Source: Kudoa neothunni
Taxonomy: Eukaryota; Animalia; Cnidaria
NCBI GenBank assembly: GCA_964304625.1
Contig: OZ199839.1
Coordinates: 7,835,166 to 7,899,165, forward strand
Direction: 5' to 3'
Length of the DNA: 64,000 bases
In this document: piece by piece, positions 13,961-27,095 of the stretch
Position numbering within the stretch: the stretch's first letter is position 1
How the letters are laid out: every line of letters starts with the position of its first letter
Program-made: the position numbers and the translations under genes
The notes under the pieces: generated by a model
Databases searched by the model: none
What the model saw: the letters and a program-made list of their open reading frames with translations, nothing else
What the model was told of the DNA's origin: nothing

Positions 13961-15164
13961 TAATTCAATGTATTAACAAGATTGTGTGATTCGCCCATAG
14001 TGGATTTTTGTAATCAATGTTAGGAGAAATTTTCTTGTCAAAATTCAACAGTGCATTATTTTTTGGAATAAACTATTTTATTTCTTTTAAAATATCAGCT
14101 AAACTACAGTATTTGTGTAGAATTTCGGCGGTGTCGCATACAAAATTGGAAATAAAGTCGTTTCCTACAATTCGGCCTGCTAGTTCATTGCTTTTTCAAA
14201 ATTTTTTTCATTTTTGTTCTTATCAAAAAAAATTACATTATGTAGTTAAATTCAGATAAAAAAGAATTGACCTATTAACTGGAAATAAATTTTAAGTAGA
14301 GCACGTTCGGAATCAAGTGGAATCTCTATGTTGTTGATAAATACATCAAAAAATTATTATTTTTCTATAATTTTCACAAATCCGAAATAGTCAATTGTTC
14401 ACTGGATCTTTTTATTTGTATCTGTTAGTAATAAGTTTGTAAATGTTCAATCTTGACTTGGTATTTTAAAAATAGAACTTTCTGATGTATTCTATTCAAA
14501 ATTAGAATGAAGATATTTCAATCTAACGATAGCATTTTTTAATGAGGGTTTTAATTTATAAATTTTTCCGAGTAGTTTATTTACGATTAAAAAAAATTTA
14601 TAACAATATTTGTTCCAAAATTCAAATATGAAAAGTTTTAGTTTATTTTATTGAGTTATCTTTAAATTTATACTCATTAAATAACAAATAAATATTCAAT
14701 AATTATTTTTTAATTAAAATTAACTTCAAAATAAAATCGTTGTCAATTCATAATATAAGATTTTTAAGCATTTTAAATGAAATCAATCATGTATGTTAAT
14801 ACGCCCAAAGCATTTTTTTACCACTTACCTCAACAATATAAAAATGGTGTAAAACCTAAAAATAAATATTTATTACCTTGTTTTTGAATGTACAATGAAA
14901 TATCACGTCATATTTCAGAATCTACTCGAATATTTTTATGTGATTGAATGTTTAAAGCGTTTTAACCTAATGTAATTAATTTACTGAGAAGTTTTATCTA
15001 TCAAAATGTTTGTAAAAATTAGTAACAATCACAAAACGTTGGAAACATGAAATCCCTATCCGAATCCTTAATCTTAATAATCCTCGCTTCAACATACAAT
15101 CACCCTTGTTTTTTAAAAAATTTTCATCGACCCACGATTTTTTAAAGGTCTAGATACTACGAAC

Positions 15165-16370
15165 CAACGTTGCCAACCCAAATCGGACATCCGGCAAAAA
15201 TTTGGACGGACAAAATCAGAATTTGTTGTAAAAGCAGAACTAATATTTAATTATATGTATAAATATTACGTTAATTTCTGATTAACTCAGTAACTTCAAA
15301 TATATGACATCATTTGGTTGATGTGTTGAAAAATTTTATCATTCGAATAAGATCATCTAATGTAGTGCACACATTCTATTTCTTCTTATGTTTTCGATAT
15401 TTCCGGAAAAGCATTAATCAGAGTTAGTTAAAGTAAAGATGTTCTATATTTTCGGATGGAATTAAAATTATTTTGCCGATAAACAATGCTCAAAAGGCGA
15501 TTATTGATAATTTAATTAAACGAACTTTGTTTTTTAGCCTGTTCAATAATTTTTGTTTCGAACAATTGTTTACAGTCTCGTTTGAATTTTGAATTACGCA
15601 TAACGACTGTACCTAGATGAGGTTATATTTGTATGTACGACTATTCATCCGCTAAATTAAGAAAAATTAGTCAAGTAGATAATATTTAGTTAAATTTTAA
15701 TTTATTTTGGTTTTAAATAAAATGAACATTTCTTGGAAATTGATAACAAACGCTTGTAATGATGACATAGCATTGGATATCACCAACATCAGAGTCCTTT
15801 TCTAATAGTCAAGCATTTAGAATTCCAACACAAAAAACTCTTCGTGATAATTCCAAAATGGTTCCTGGTCATGATAAACTAAGTCTTATCGCTAATACTG
15901 ATGAAAAAAATCCAAAACCTTGGTCTTAACAGGAGCATAACATTTTAAAATGTGTTTATTTTCATAAATTTTTGGAATGTTTATGTTCTTAACTTTTGTA
16001 TTACATGGATTTTCAGAATTATTATAATGTATAATTGTAACTTGCCTTTGGTGAACTTTTATAGCAGACATTTTAATTTGAAATAAAGAATTGTTCCAAG
16101 TATACAGTTATTTACTCGAAGGTTATTCGTAATGAAATAAACAACAATTTTTTTCAATTATTTGTGAATTTGCAATAATTTCTCACTTTTTAAACATTGT
16201 TTCACGATTATTCAGTCTTGCGAAGAACAAGAGTGAAAAAATCTGACAAATTTGAGTTGATTTGTTCCAAAAAAATGCATAGTATCCCTGCACTACTGTA
16301 TATTCTGACCCGCCTACTATTTAGCACAACTATCCGGCCCCAACCCGATCGAGTTGCTGACCCTTGATAT
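15165..16370 (-). mobile_element. Possible hAT-like relic
   Basis: Terminus-like CAACGTTGCCAAC followed by CGGACA repeats at 15165-15215. The minus-strand peptide NSKFKRDCKQLFETKIIEQAKKQSSFN* (~15515-15595) loosely resembles hAT-family C-termini. A GC-rich ACCCG-repeat end is at 16307-16367. Confidence 0.3.
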
Positions 16371-17897
16371 CAAATATCTTCCGAAATAATAATCGAAAAA
16401 AATAATTTGTAAGTTTGAACTAAATAGCACTTATCTGATATTGTTAAGTTATACAATTTCAACGTAAAACGTGATACACCAAGAGGATAGCAAGTTACAT
16501 AAATAAGTTTATTCAATAACCGAGAAAATAAATATTCGTCTTTTAATCAGCGCGAAACCACTACTTTGGCTAGCTTTGAGTACAGTGGATAGCGAGTAAT
16601 AAGTAATTCTTTTGGGAAGGGACGAAAAAGTGCGTATTAGCCAAGAGAGAGTTTAAATTTGAAAGTGGCTATTGGCACGGATCATAATACCCATGTAGGT
16701 TTAATTAGATACAACAGATTATAAAAAATAAACTATATCGATCCACTATAAACAGGAGATACCGTGATTAAAAATGGTCATCGGGCAAGTGTATTTGCCA
16801 TTTTTAATTAATAATTTCCATATCAATAGCCAGTGCATTTAAATTTCTTAATGTTATTATATTTTTAGACCTTAAACTCACCTAAATTAAGTTTATAAAG
16901 ATCAGCTCAACAAATGTAAAATTTTCTATGAAATAACGAAAGTAAGAATTAATCGCCACCCACGGTGGTTGCTTCAATTATTTTGGTTGATATTGGATAA
17001 CATTAATTTTCCTAAGTTTCCGTTTCCATCCAGCGACATATAATTTTTTTATGATCCCCCTACAAAAATATTAATTTAACTTCTACAAATAACGATCATC
17101 CAAAGTGAATTATTCTAATTTAATACCTTATATAGATAAATTGAAAGTTTTCGGGTAACCTTTGAATATTTTAAATTCTTCCATGCCAAAAGTTCATTTA
17201 ATTGAAAAGGAAAAAAATGCACATCCATAGCGCTCTATTTCGGATAGTTTCTCCAAAATAACATTAAAGTTTTTTGGTGATTTTTATATATTTAAAGACA
17301 GATTGTAGGTAGTTTAAATGAATTAAAACATTAGAATACGCTTAAAAAATTTGAACTAGTCCATTATAAACAATATAATTTATGTAAATGCATATTCGTA
17401 GTATATTTTATTAAGTTTTTTATTTAAAAATTTTTTACATGAATTATCTAATAAATCTCTACTGCAATTATTTATAATTATATCTACTTCACAGAAAAAA
17501 ATATGTATACGAAAAATCAATTTGTCGTAAAAAATATTAAAAGATTCAGCTTTAAGTATTCTTAAGTATGGAATAGAAATCTATTGTATCTCATTTTCCT
17601 GTAATTTCACGATATTGGCTGCCAATTTTTTATCATTTTAACAAATAACCATTTTTTGTAATATATGATCTTCAAAACGGAGAAAAAATATTAAGAGATA
17701 TTTCATCGTGGATTATTCCCGATCGTGGGCGAAGACGGACAATTTGAGTTAGTTTTAAATAAAGCAATACATATTCGACTATAATTCTCTGCATTTGTGT
17801 ATAATCAAATATATTTTGCAATAAAAACATCGAATAAGTCAATGTGATTGCCACATTGAGTCTAGCTAATAGTTTTGTGAACCATTGAGGGATTCCA

Positions 17898-18402
17898 CAT
17901 AATGATGGATTAATTTTAAATGGCCACATAATAAGAATGAATAACTTAATGAGGTGTACGAATTATGTTGGATTAATTTTAAATGGCCACATAATAAGAA
18001 TGAATAACTTAATGAGGTGTACGAATTATGTTGGATTAATTTTAAATGGCCACATAATAAGAATGAATAACTTAATGAGGTGTACGAATTATGTTGGATT
18101 AATTTTAAATGTTCTCGTAATAAGAATGAATGACTTAATGAGGTGTAAGAATTATGATGGATTAATTCTAAATGTTCTCGTAATAAGAATGAATGACTTA
18201 ATGAGGTGTAAGAATTATGATGGATTAATTCTAAATGTTCTCGTAATAAGAATGAATGACTTAATGAGGTGTAAGAATTATGATGGATTAATTCTAAATG
18301 TTCTCGTAATAAGAATGAATGACTTAATGAGGTGTAAGAATTATGATGGATTAATTCTAAATGTTCTCGTAATAAGAATGAATGACTTAATGTGGTGTAA
18401 AA
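17898..18402. repeat. 63-bp minisatellite, about 8 tandem copies
   Basis: ATGAAT(A/G)ACTTAATG recurs at 17937, 18000, 18063, 18126, 18189, 18252, 18315 and 18378 (period 63). The ORF track shows 21-aa repeats on both strands. Confidence 0.97.
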
Positions 18403-18749
18403 GTTGCAATGAGAATATACAGTCAATCGGCTCTATATTTAAAATTATTTTTAAAATTAATTACTTTGTTATTAACTACAGATAGCCTCAATATTACCTC
18501 AGACTATATTTATTTTTCGTAGTAAAACGCAATATTCCGTCCTAGCGTTATCCATTAACTTCCCTGAAATATATTTTGCCCAGTGTAAACTGTAAACTGT
18601 GAGCTTCGTTGAAAATTGTTGTTTTCAAATTTTAAACCGATTAGATATCACATCTTAAAAAAAGAATGCGATAAATAGGTATATTATTGAATTCGGAAAA
18701 GTTTGAAAGAACTCTAATAATTGCAGGCTAATTAGAACGATTTTGAATG

Positions 18750-19450
18750 GCACATATTAAGACTCGGTCGGTAAACCCGAATTTCTCCTGAAGCCCAAAT
18801 GATAGCTATAGCTTTAGCACGTTTGAAATTTCGAATAGGTGTGCACTAATGCAAATCACATGGACTGGTTTGTTTATGCGTGTACACAATTATACGATTA
18901 GGGGTGACACCACTTTTAAATATTTGCAGTTTGGTTCACTTTAGATCCATAGAATCTGATCTAACTCTAAATTTATTGTTGGTCGACCATCCAAGAATAT
19001 AACAATATTATCTCAGGCTGAATTGATTACAATAATTTCACTGATTTAATTCTTGAATTCATCTAGATTAATTCAACATAATTATTAATTTTCCCTATCT
19101 AATAATGTAAATTATTAATGAGTTTAAAAGCTGCAGCAATGTGTAACACTCTCAAATCGTATAGCACGAGTGTGAAATTAATGCGTTTATGGCGTTCGCC
19201 CACACCGCACAAACAATATTCATTGCGATAACATTAATCTTCGATTGTTTTGATTAGATGGATCAAAGTGGTATTATAGTTGGTTTGTAGAGCACACCCA
19301 TGAAATAATGTAAATAGACATCCGCAAAAGTGGGTTCAGTATTTGAAAATTATTTGGTTTGATTATTTTTGGCTGATGGTGAACTAAACAATTGATTTGA
19401 CCTTTGTAGTCCGAACTCTCACAATGTAATTATCGCGCACCAACTCCCAA
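18750..19450 (-). mobile_element. Possible Penelope-like reverse transcriptase relic
   Basis: Minus-strand fragments occur in the expected order: PTFADVYLHYF (~19295-19335), DNIVIFLD (~18985-19012), KYL..CHP (~18900-18925) and IRNFKRAKAI (~18805-18836). Heavily decayed. Confidence 0.35.
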
Positions 19451-20390
19451 TATACGAATGTGTATTTAATTATTGTCACTATTTTGATAGATTAAAAAAT
19501 TGCGATCACTAACAATAAATTTATTGAACAATTCCATAGGAAAAGTCAGATCATTAATCAAAATAAACGCATATTATCATGATCACCTACCGCATAATCC
19601 TCTTTGCATTAGGCCAAAAGATAGGGCGCAGTTATTTAAACAATCTCCGAGTAATCGATGGGGTTTTTGTTAGAGTTTTCAGCTGTACACAAACTTCGAA
19701 ATTAAAATTAACAATATCATGATGATTCACCTATAAAAATTATTGACTCAAATTTTAAAAATTCGCTCCCAACGAGCACAAAAATAAACACGCTTACTGT
19801 AATAACTGCCTACTAATAGAGGGGGTGTTATCACGAGTCGCCACAATTCATAGTGATCATTAGAGATACTGGTGACGAGTGTTATTCAAAGAACGAATAA
19901 GTTGGTACGATTTTTATTCTTTAAAACCATATACCCACAGCAAATCATAGTAATCTATATTATAATGGTTGATAATGTATGCAATTAACCTGCGATCCAC
20001 CTTCACAGACAATCTACTATCTTCACTCAACTAATCTAATAGTTGAGATGAAGTGAGCCAACATTTCAACGGTTGATTTCTCACGACAGCTACTACACCT
20101 AAAGATTTAGATCGTAGTTAACACTTTTCTCAAGTACGTTGTTGTTATTGTGATAGTGAGGGGTAGTAGTTTGAAATGTTGGCAACCATCTGTTGACGTG
20201 GTCAGACAGTGGTCTGTGGCACGGGTTGGATTGTTGAAATTCATTTTTGCAGCTATCAACCAACCATGACAACATAATTATTTTAATTGTAACTTGTATA
20301 TGTGAAAAATAATAATCTTGTGCATTTTGAAAGCTTTGTTGTCAACCGTTCTAATCGATCAATCAATAATATAGAGCATTAATTCAAAAA

Positions 20391-22681
20391 ATGGACGAGC
20401 TCAAACAAGAACCACTTTTGACAAACGCCGATAAAGCAGGTAAAATTTTAGCTAAACGCCGATCGCATATATCATTAAATATATTTGTGTAGTAACCAAC
20501 AATAACGATGTGGAAATGGAGGTGAACGTTACCACCCCAGATACTGGAAGTAGTAGCAAACAACCCATAAGAAACAGCACATTCGAATTCCAATCACAAA
20601 AACTTAACCACCCTGCAAATGCATTAGCATCAGTACTTTTAACGGCGCCATTAATTATGGGAATATGTATCAATGCACTAGGCCATAAATCTGTACTTTG
20701 TGTTGTTTACACACAACCAATGAGATTATGTCATTATTTAGTCGATTGACAACATTCTATCGGGTGAAGACACAGATCGAATAGCTTATCTACAAGGATT
20801 ACGACCTTGGGATTGTTTGTTCCCCATAGGTGGTCTTATTGCTGCACCATCGTGCTCGTATATCTGTAGCAAATATGGCAAGTAACTTTCTACAACGATA
20901 TAATTCGAGCTTGACTATTAATTATTCGCGTGAGAAGTTAACAGATAATTGTCATCAGCTGAGGTTGATCCAATCACGAATGAGTTGTATTATGAATACT
21001 TCACTCATCAAATACAAACCAGTTCGATCAACACATATTTTAGTAATTAAATCTGTTGGATTTAAAATCTCAAAAATATTCTCATAATTTAGATTATAAT
21101 CAACAAATAGCTCATCAAACGTTAAAGCAGATAATTTTTCAACTCGAAATAACCACCTTAATAAATTATATTAATAAATAACCGCAATTCACTTGATATA
21201 AAAATAAAATAAATTTTTTCATTTTAAAACGAAAAAACTGCAGAAAATTATCGTGTTACTAATTAATGTCAAATTCGAAATAGTTTGTGTTTGTGAGCGT
21301 TCAGCAAATAATATCATATTTTATTGTGTAGGAAAATTCCAACTATAATATTCTATGTTGCCTCCCTGGTAGGATTCATCTTTAAATTTTGTGCTATGTA
21401 CACACCCTTCGAAGTGATTTTCCTTGGAAGATTTTTCGATGGAATAGCATCGGGAGGTTTAATGGTGGCAGGAGTGAGTTGGATGTTCGATTTGATCGCA
21501 AGAAGAATCCATCAAATCCATAAAGCGCTCATCCAAATCTTCATCAACCTAGGAATTCTACTCATTGCAATATTCTCGTTAGTTCAGGTACGACGAGATT
21601 ATTGGAGTTTTTCATACCTTCTGCAATTGGTGATGACAATAGCTGGGCTGGTTGCTTGTGTATTACTACCGGAAAGTCATGTCTATCTATACAACAAGAA
21701 TAGTGATCAAACAGCTCTAACACAAGCACTAAAACGCCTACGAGGAGTGGGATTCGATCAAGCAGAAGTGGATGAACTAGCCGATAGTATCGATAGAGAC
21801 TCGAATATTAGACAGGTGACTATGATGGAATTTTTCAAAGAGAGACGTTACCTTGTGGCCCTTATCACTACTATACTGATGAACATCTTCCAACAGATCA
21901 GCGGAATTAATGTGGTGGTCGCATTTACCGCAAAATTATTGACAGGAGCCGATGTAAAAACAGGCTCAGTTGGTGGCTCGACAAACCCCCGACAACTAAC
22001 CAAATTAGAGATTAAGGCCATCGCTGAATACTCCATCTATATCCTAATTGTAGGAGTACTTGGATCAGTTATTGCAGCTCCGTTTGTTGGCAGATTCCGC
22101 AGAAAAGTTATGTTAATGGTTGGATTTGGAGGAATGACCTTAAGCTTTCTATGCGCCAACTTCATACAAGCTTTCGATTTGGATAAAAATGCCCTTATCA
22201 CGGTTTTCTCGATATTTTTTTTCATCTTCCAATTCGGCCCAGGTGAGCTATAAAATTCGATTTAGAATCTTAAGCATCTAAGGTTCAGGTTCAGATTCAG
22301 ATGTTTTAGATTTAGACACTCTGATTGATCTAACATTTATTCGATCGATTGTAGGACCGTTGGTGTGGTTCATCTGTATCGAAATTTTCCCTCCCGACGC
22401 CGTCAGCTCCGCTCAAGGTGTATCCACCGTGGCCAACTGGTTCGCCAACTCTTGTGTGTATCTACTCTACCCTATTGTTTCGGTATGCTTTTTTGGTAAT
22501 ATTTTTTTGATTTACTTTACAGGACGAAATCGGATACAAAGCTGGATTCATATTCACCGTTATTAACGCGATCGCCTTCTTCTACATCACCTTCTGTGTG
22601 ATTGAAACCAACAAAAAGAAAAGTGATCAAATACTCAAGGAGTACAACCGAAAATACTCATGGCTCACGAAGCGCTTCTGA
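20391..22681 (+). CDS. Facilitated sugar transporter (SLC2A/GLUT-like, MFS sugar porter), paralogue 1, 528 aa
   Basis: Exons 20391-20439, 20493-20692, 20742-20881, 21332-22242, 22355-22482 and 22523-22681 sum to 1587 nt in frame. Motifs: FPIGGLIAA, LGRFFDG, LPES, QQISGIN, FQFGPG|PLVW, EIFP, ANW and IET. Confidence 0.93.
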
Positions 22682-25600
22682 AACTGATCAAAATGGCCGA
22701 CATATTGTCTTAATTAATGATACTAATGCATATTATCCCCACATTATTACATTCTATTTTTTCTTCCTGTTATACTATTCTGTGTTATGTTATACTTTAT
22801 CTGCCTTCTGAATGTGTTTCTATTGTTTTTGCGCTAAAAAATACGTCTTATCATAATATCATGAGTTAGCGCGAAAGGAATGCATCTATATAATCTTTAA
22901 AATTCTCTCGTTGTAGTACTCAATAATATTAAGTTGAATTTTTGGGGAGCTGTATTGGCTATGAAGAGCCACAATTTTACCAACTAGGGAGTTACGTCCT
23001 AATAGATGATGCAAGAATCACCTGAAAGTTAATATCAAAATAGTTTAGCTTTAAATTATTTTTTGTGACTTTGAATTCGTTGATTTCCGTTAAATTGGCA
23101 AATGGCTTATATTAGATATTCAATTTTTGGAGGTGTTTACATAATATTTTCCGATAAAAATACATCGATATAAAACTTGGAAATTATTAAAATAATGTGT
23201 TTTCAATCAACAAGGTGCAATCTTTTGAAGTACTTTTCGAAAAACGGAGAGAATAAGAAAATCAGGGAATTAAACAAAATATTATGCGGAATTATTGGTT
23301 TAAATGTTTTTTTGCAAATCTGAGTATAATTTTCTCTATCTTTTTAATTAATCCATTTAATTTAATTAAAAAAATAATTATGTTTTGTATAACATTGTTG
23401 CTTAAACTTTTTGTGAATAGATGATTGTTGGCTATGTTTCTCAATAAGCTAAATTTATGTTGGAATTATCATGATCAAATATTTTAATGATGGAAACATT
23501 TTTGAATAAAAATACGTATATTATGTACGTAACGACATGAGAAAATAATGTGTAATTGCTTATTTTATTAATATTTCGGATAATTACATCAGTCATACTT
23601 ATCTATTAAACAACTTCCATTTAATATATAAATTTAACGAATCATTTTAAAAAATCAATTGAGTTTTTCGATAGAGTTATTTGTTTATATCCAAAATCAG
23701 CATTAGACATTAGATGTGTAATTAATGGTGTTTTTTTTAATGGGGATGCAGGAATAAAATATTTACGAAACCAATAATTTAAGGCATCCAATATTCGATT
23801 TATATCGATTTTTATTGACTTTAGTTTAGTCGTCGATTATATTGATTGAGATTTGATATATGCTTTTCCAGACTGTTCCGAAAACGCCTGCTAATGGGCG
23901 CGCGAAGGAAAAGCATGATTTGGAGGGTTATACGGTAGAGACGGTTGATTAAGAAACCATTCAAAAGAAATTATCTTACAAATGCTGTAAATGAAAATGA
24001 CACAAATACATCGCACAGGATACAAACAAAATTGAGAATAAATGGATAATTATGTAATGATCAGTTTAATCTACTGGTATAATTTATAATACCATATTAA
24101 TAAATAAAAACCAATATAGCTATTTCGTCTCATATATCAAGGAATGATAAATAATATTTTTTATTTAATTTTGTTTTGACCATAATAACTATTGGTAAGA
24201 ATATTTTGTACTATCATTGAATTATTTGAGTAATTGAGCTCAAACAAATAAACTAAAATTTATTAAATAGTCATTATCAAAAACAATTATTATGCTTAGC
24301 GTTACAATTATGGTTAAATAATTAAGTTTTTTATATTTTCACAATGTTAATATATATCATCTTTAAATCTACTTCACAACTGTAAAGTAAACTTAACTTC
24401 AATAATAAATTTTGTTGAAAATTTTTATATTTATCTACATTCTCTATTAACGTAAATCTGAATCATAATTATTTAAGAAATTCGCCATATTCCATCAACA
24501 GTTCAACTTGTACGTGACTAAAATGTATGTGCATTAATTCGTCATTAAAATCATAAACATTGTTCATTATTTTATTTATTTATTTAAATTATAAATTTAT
24601 TGATTTGTGACGATGTATTAAAAAATTTGTAACGCATTTAAATTTCTTTTTGTTTTATTTACTCATCTTTATATCAGATTTCAATATTATATGCTGCTTA
24701 TCATAGCAAAATATTTGCTATATATGACTACAATCTACGATTAATGTGTATTTTCAGTAAAAAACTAAAAACGGATTTTGTGATTTCATAAACTTTTATA
24801 TCAGTTTTTACAAGTGTAATCATGATATTTTAGTTTCGTTTATTAAATATCATTTTTAGAATGTATTATTTTCCGAGATATCAATGAAACATTGATTAAA
24901 AGTTAGTCTTTGATATAAAAATCAGGATGAGTGGGTTTTTTCTCGAACTAATATAGCATACGATCTCAATTTAATTACTCGTAACTAAATATTCATCCAA
25001 TGGGCAAATACATTTCAAGCATAAATTAAAAAATGTTTCATAAGATTTAGTATCACAATATATTGCTTTAATATGTTCAAGAAGGGTTTATAATGGAATT
25101 CATCACAAACGAGTCGAAAAAGAGAACGAGATTTGTTCAATAAAAATGCCGTATATCCCCAAAATAAGTTATTATTTTAAATATATGTTTTTAGGTTATG
25201 CATATTTTACAAAAAAAATTAATCCTATATTTTATATATGACCAATCTGACTTTACTTAACTATCAAAAAATAAAAATGATAAAATTAAGTTTTACAATT
25301 GATTCAGAAATTTTTTTAAATAAACGTGTATTTTAATAACAATTCACTTAAACGTTTATAGAAATTATCACAGAACTGTAGTCATAGATCAAGTGCGGAA
25401 ACACCTCGATCCATTATCCAATAGCCAGTCGGATCCTCACTCAATTGTTGTGATATATGCCAATTTCATAAAATATTCGAAATTCATATTTTATTTTATT
25501 GCGATTTGAGTTTTCAAATATTTGAAAGTATGATCTAAACATTTATTATAGGCATTGGCTATTGTGACAAGGAAGTTTTTGACCCAAACTGACAACTATG

Positions 25601-25877
25601 CTTCCGCATTTTCCATTTCAAATCCCGGAAACTCCTATTTAGACTTGATCTATAAAGTTTATTTTTCATAATTAACTACAGTCAAAACTTTCATACCTGG
25701 ATATTATGATAGTGTCGATAGCCACTTCCTTTATTATATTGCCGCTTGGAGTTTTTAAGGATCGAATTATGGCCTGAAGTTAAAAGGTTAATGCAGCTTT
25801 GTATTAAAACTACATTAAAATTTCCGTAATTATCCATCTAGTATCAAAAATAATTGTTTTTCTTATCGTTTAAGTTA

Positions 25878-25962
25878 GGGTTTCTACGGGGGCCGTTTCA
25901 CGCGCTTTCGCATCACGCTTTTCCATCACGTTCACGTTTTTCCGAAACTGTAGAACTAACCC
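25878..25962. mobile_element. Tiny PIF/Harbinger-like non-autonomous element
   Basis: TTA|GGGTTTCTAC ... GTAGAACTAACCC|TAA inverted termini with TWA flanks, plus internal TCACG repeats. Confidence 0.4.
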
Positions 25963-27095
25963 TAAAACATTAGAGCAGTATGTCAACTTTATTCATGCTT
26001 AGAATATTTAACCAACAAATAAAATGATTTCTACAAATAGACGATAGTAGTTTGACTAAACGGATAAAATAACGACATTGATGATTTTTAAATAAGCTCT
26101 TATATAAGAAGAATTTTTGGGCTTACGTTAAGAAAATTAATTCCATAAATGAATTGAATGATAAGGAACTAACGATTTTCCCATTGTATAACAAGAAAAT
26201 TTAAAATAAATTTTGGTTTATAGCCCTAAAAAGATCAAGTTTACCAATATATTTTGGATAATTTCGATCAGAAATATTTTTTTAACACAAGGGTTTCCTT
26301 TATTGCATTATAACAAATTCATAAAACCATTTAATATTAATATCCATCATTTTTTAAGAATTGATATTTTTTATTGTAATATATTTAAAATTAATTATGC
26401 CTACAAGAAATTACTTGGTCAACTATAAAATAACGAAAGATAGACTTGTAGAACTTAAACATTATTTTCTGTTTCGAAACGTGTTCGCCTGTAATTTAGT
26501 TTACTTTTCATGATATTTCTATTAATCATTTTATCCAGTCCTCCAACAAATATGCTATACATGTTGTTAAATATATCTATAAAAAAACTTTTCTAAGAAG
26601 ATAGGATTAATTATAAAAGCTATAATTAAGGTCCACACGCAGTCAGAAGGTAGAGTTAAAACTTTTCTCATTTGCTTTTACGCGTGGAAGAAACTACATT
26701 AATGTTCATCGTAACATTTCTAATATACATTGTATGATTAAAAAAGATAATTATTTGAAAAAATACTGATGGAATGAGCATGGCTATGTCTCATTAATTA
26801 GGATCCTTTAATCATACTTTCAAACAAGTGAATACAGGAAAAGATAGAGAATCAAGTTCAATCTATGAAAAATTTGGGCTATTTCATTGGAATACTAATA
26901 TTGTATTTGATTTTAACTTTTTATTTTCATGACTTTTATATTAAATTGTCGATAAATAATACCTTTTATAAAGGATTTCCTAAAATTATATTGATAAACA
27001 TGAATTATGAATTATACGTCTATTCATTACAAACAAACACTTAAATTCTCCCTGAATAAAACGGAAGTTTTCGTTTCTAGATTGTTTAAATCAAA

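Noticed and set aside
17898-18402. CRISPR array
   Set aside because: The units are contiguous near-identical 63-mers with no unique spacers, there are no cas genes, and the context is eukaryotic.
20384-22225. Minus-strand ORFs 20384, 20452, 21848 and 22037 (likewise 42386, 42597, 47899, 47963, 59831, and plus-strand 8526, 9365, 10452)
   Set aside because: They are antisense shadows of the real GLUT, Kunitz and SNAPC4 exons and have no motifs of their own.
25875-25965. Interstitial telomere (TTAGGG ... CCCTAA)
   Set aside because: Only single hexamers are present; they are better explained as a TWA target site plus GGG/CCC termini of a small element.
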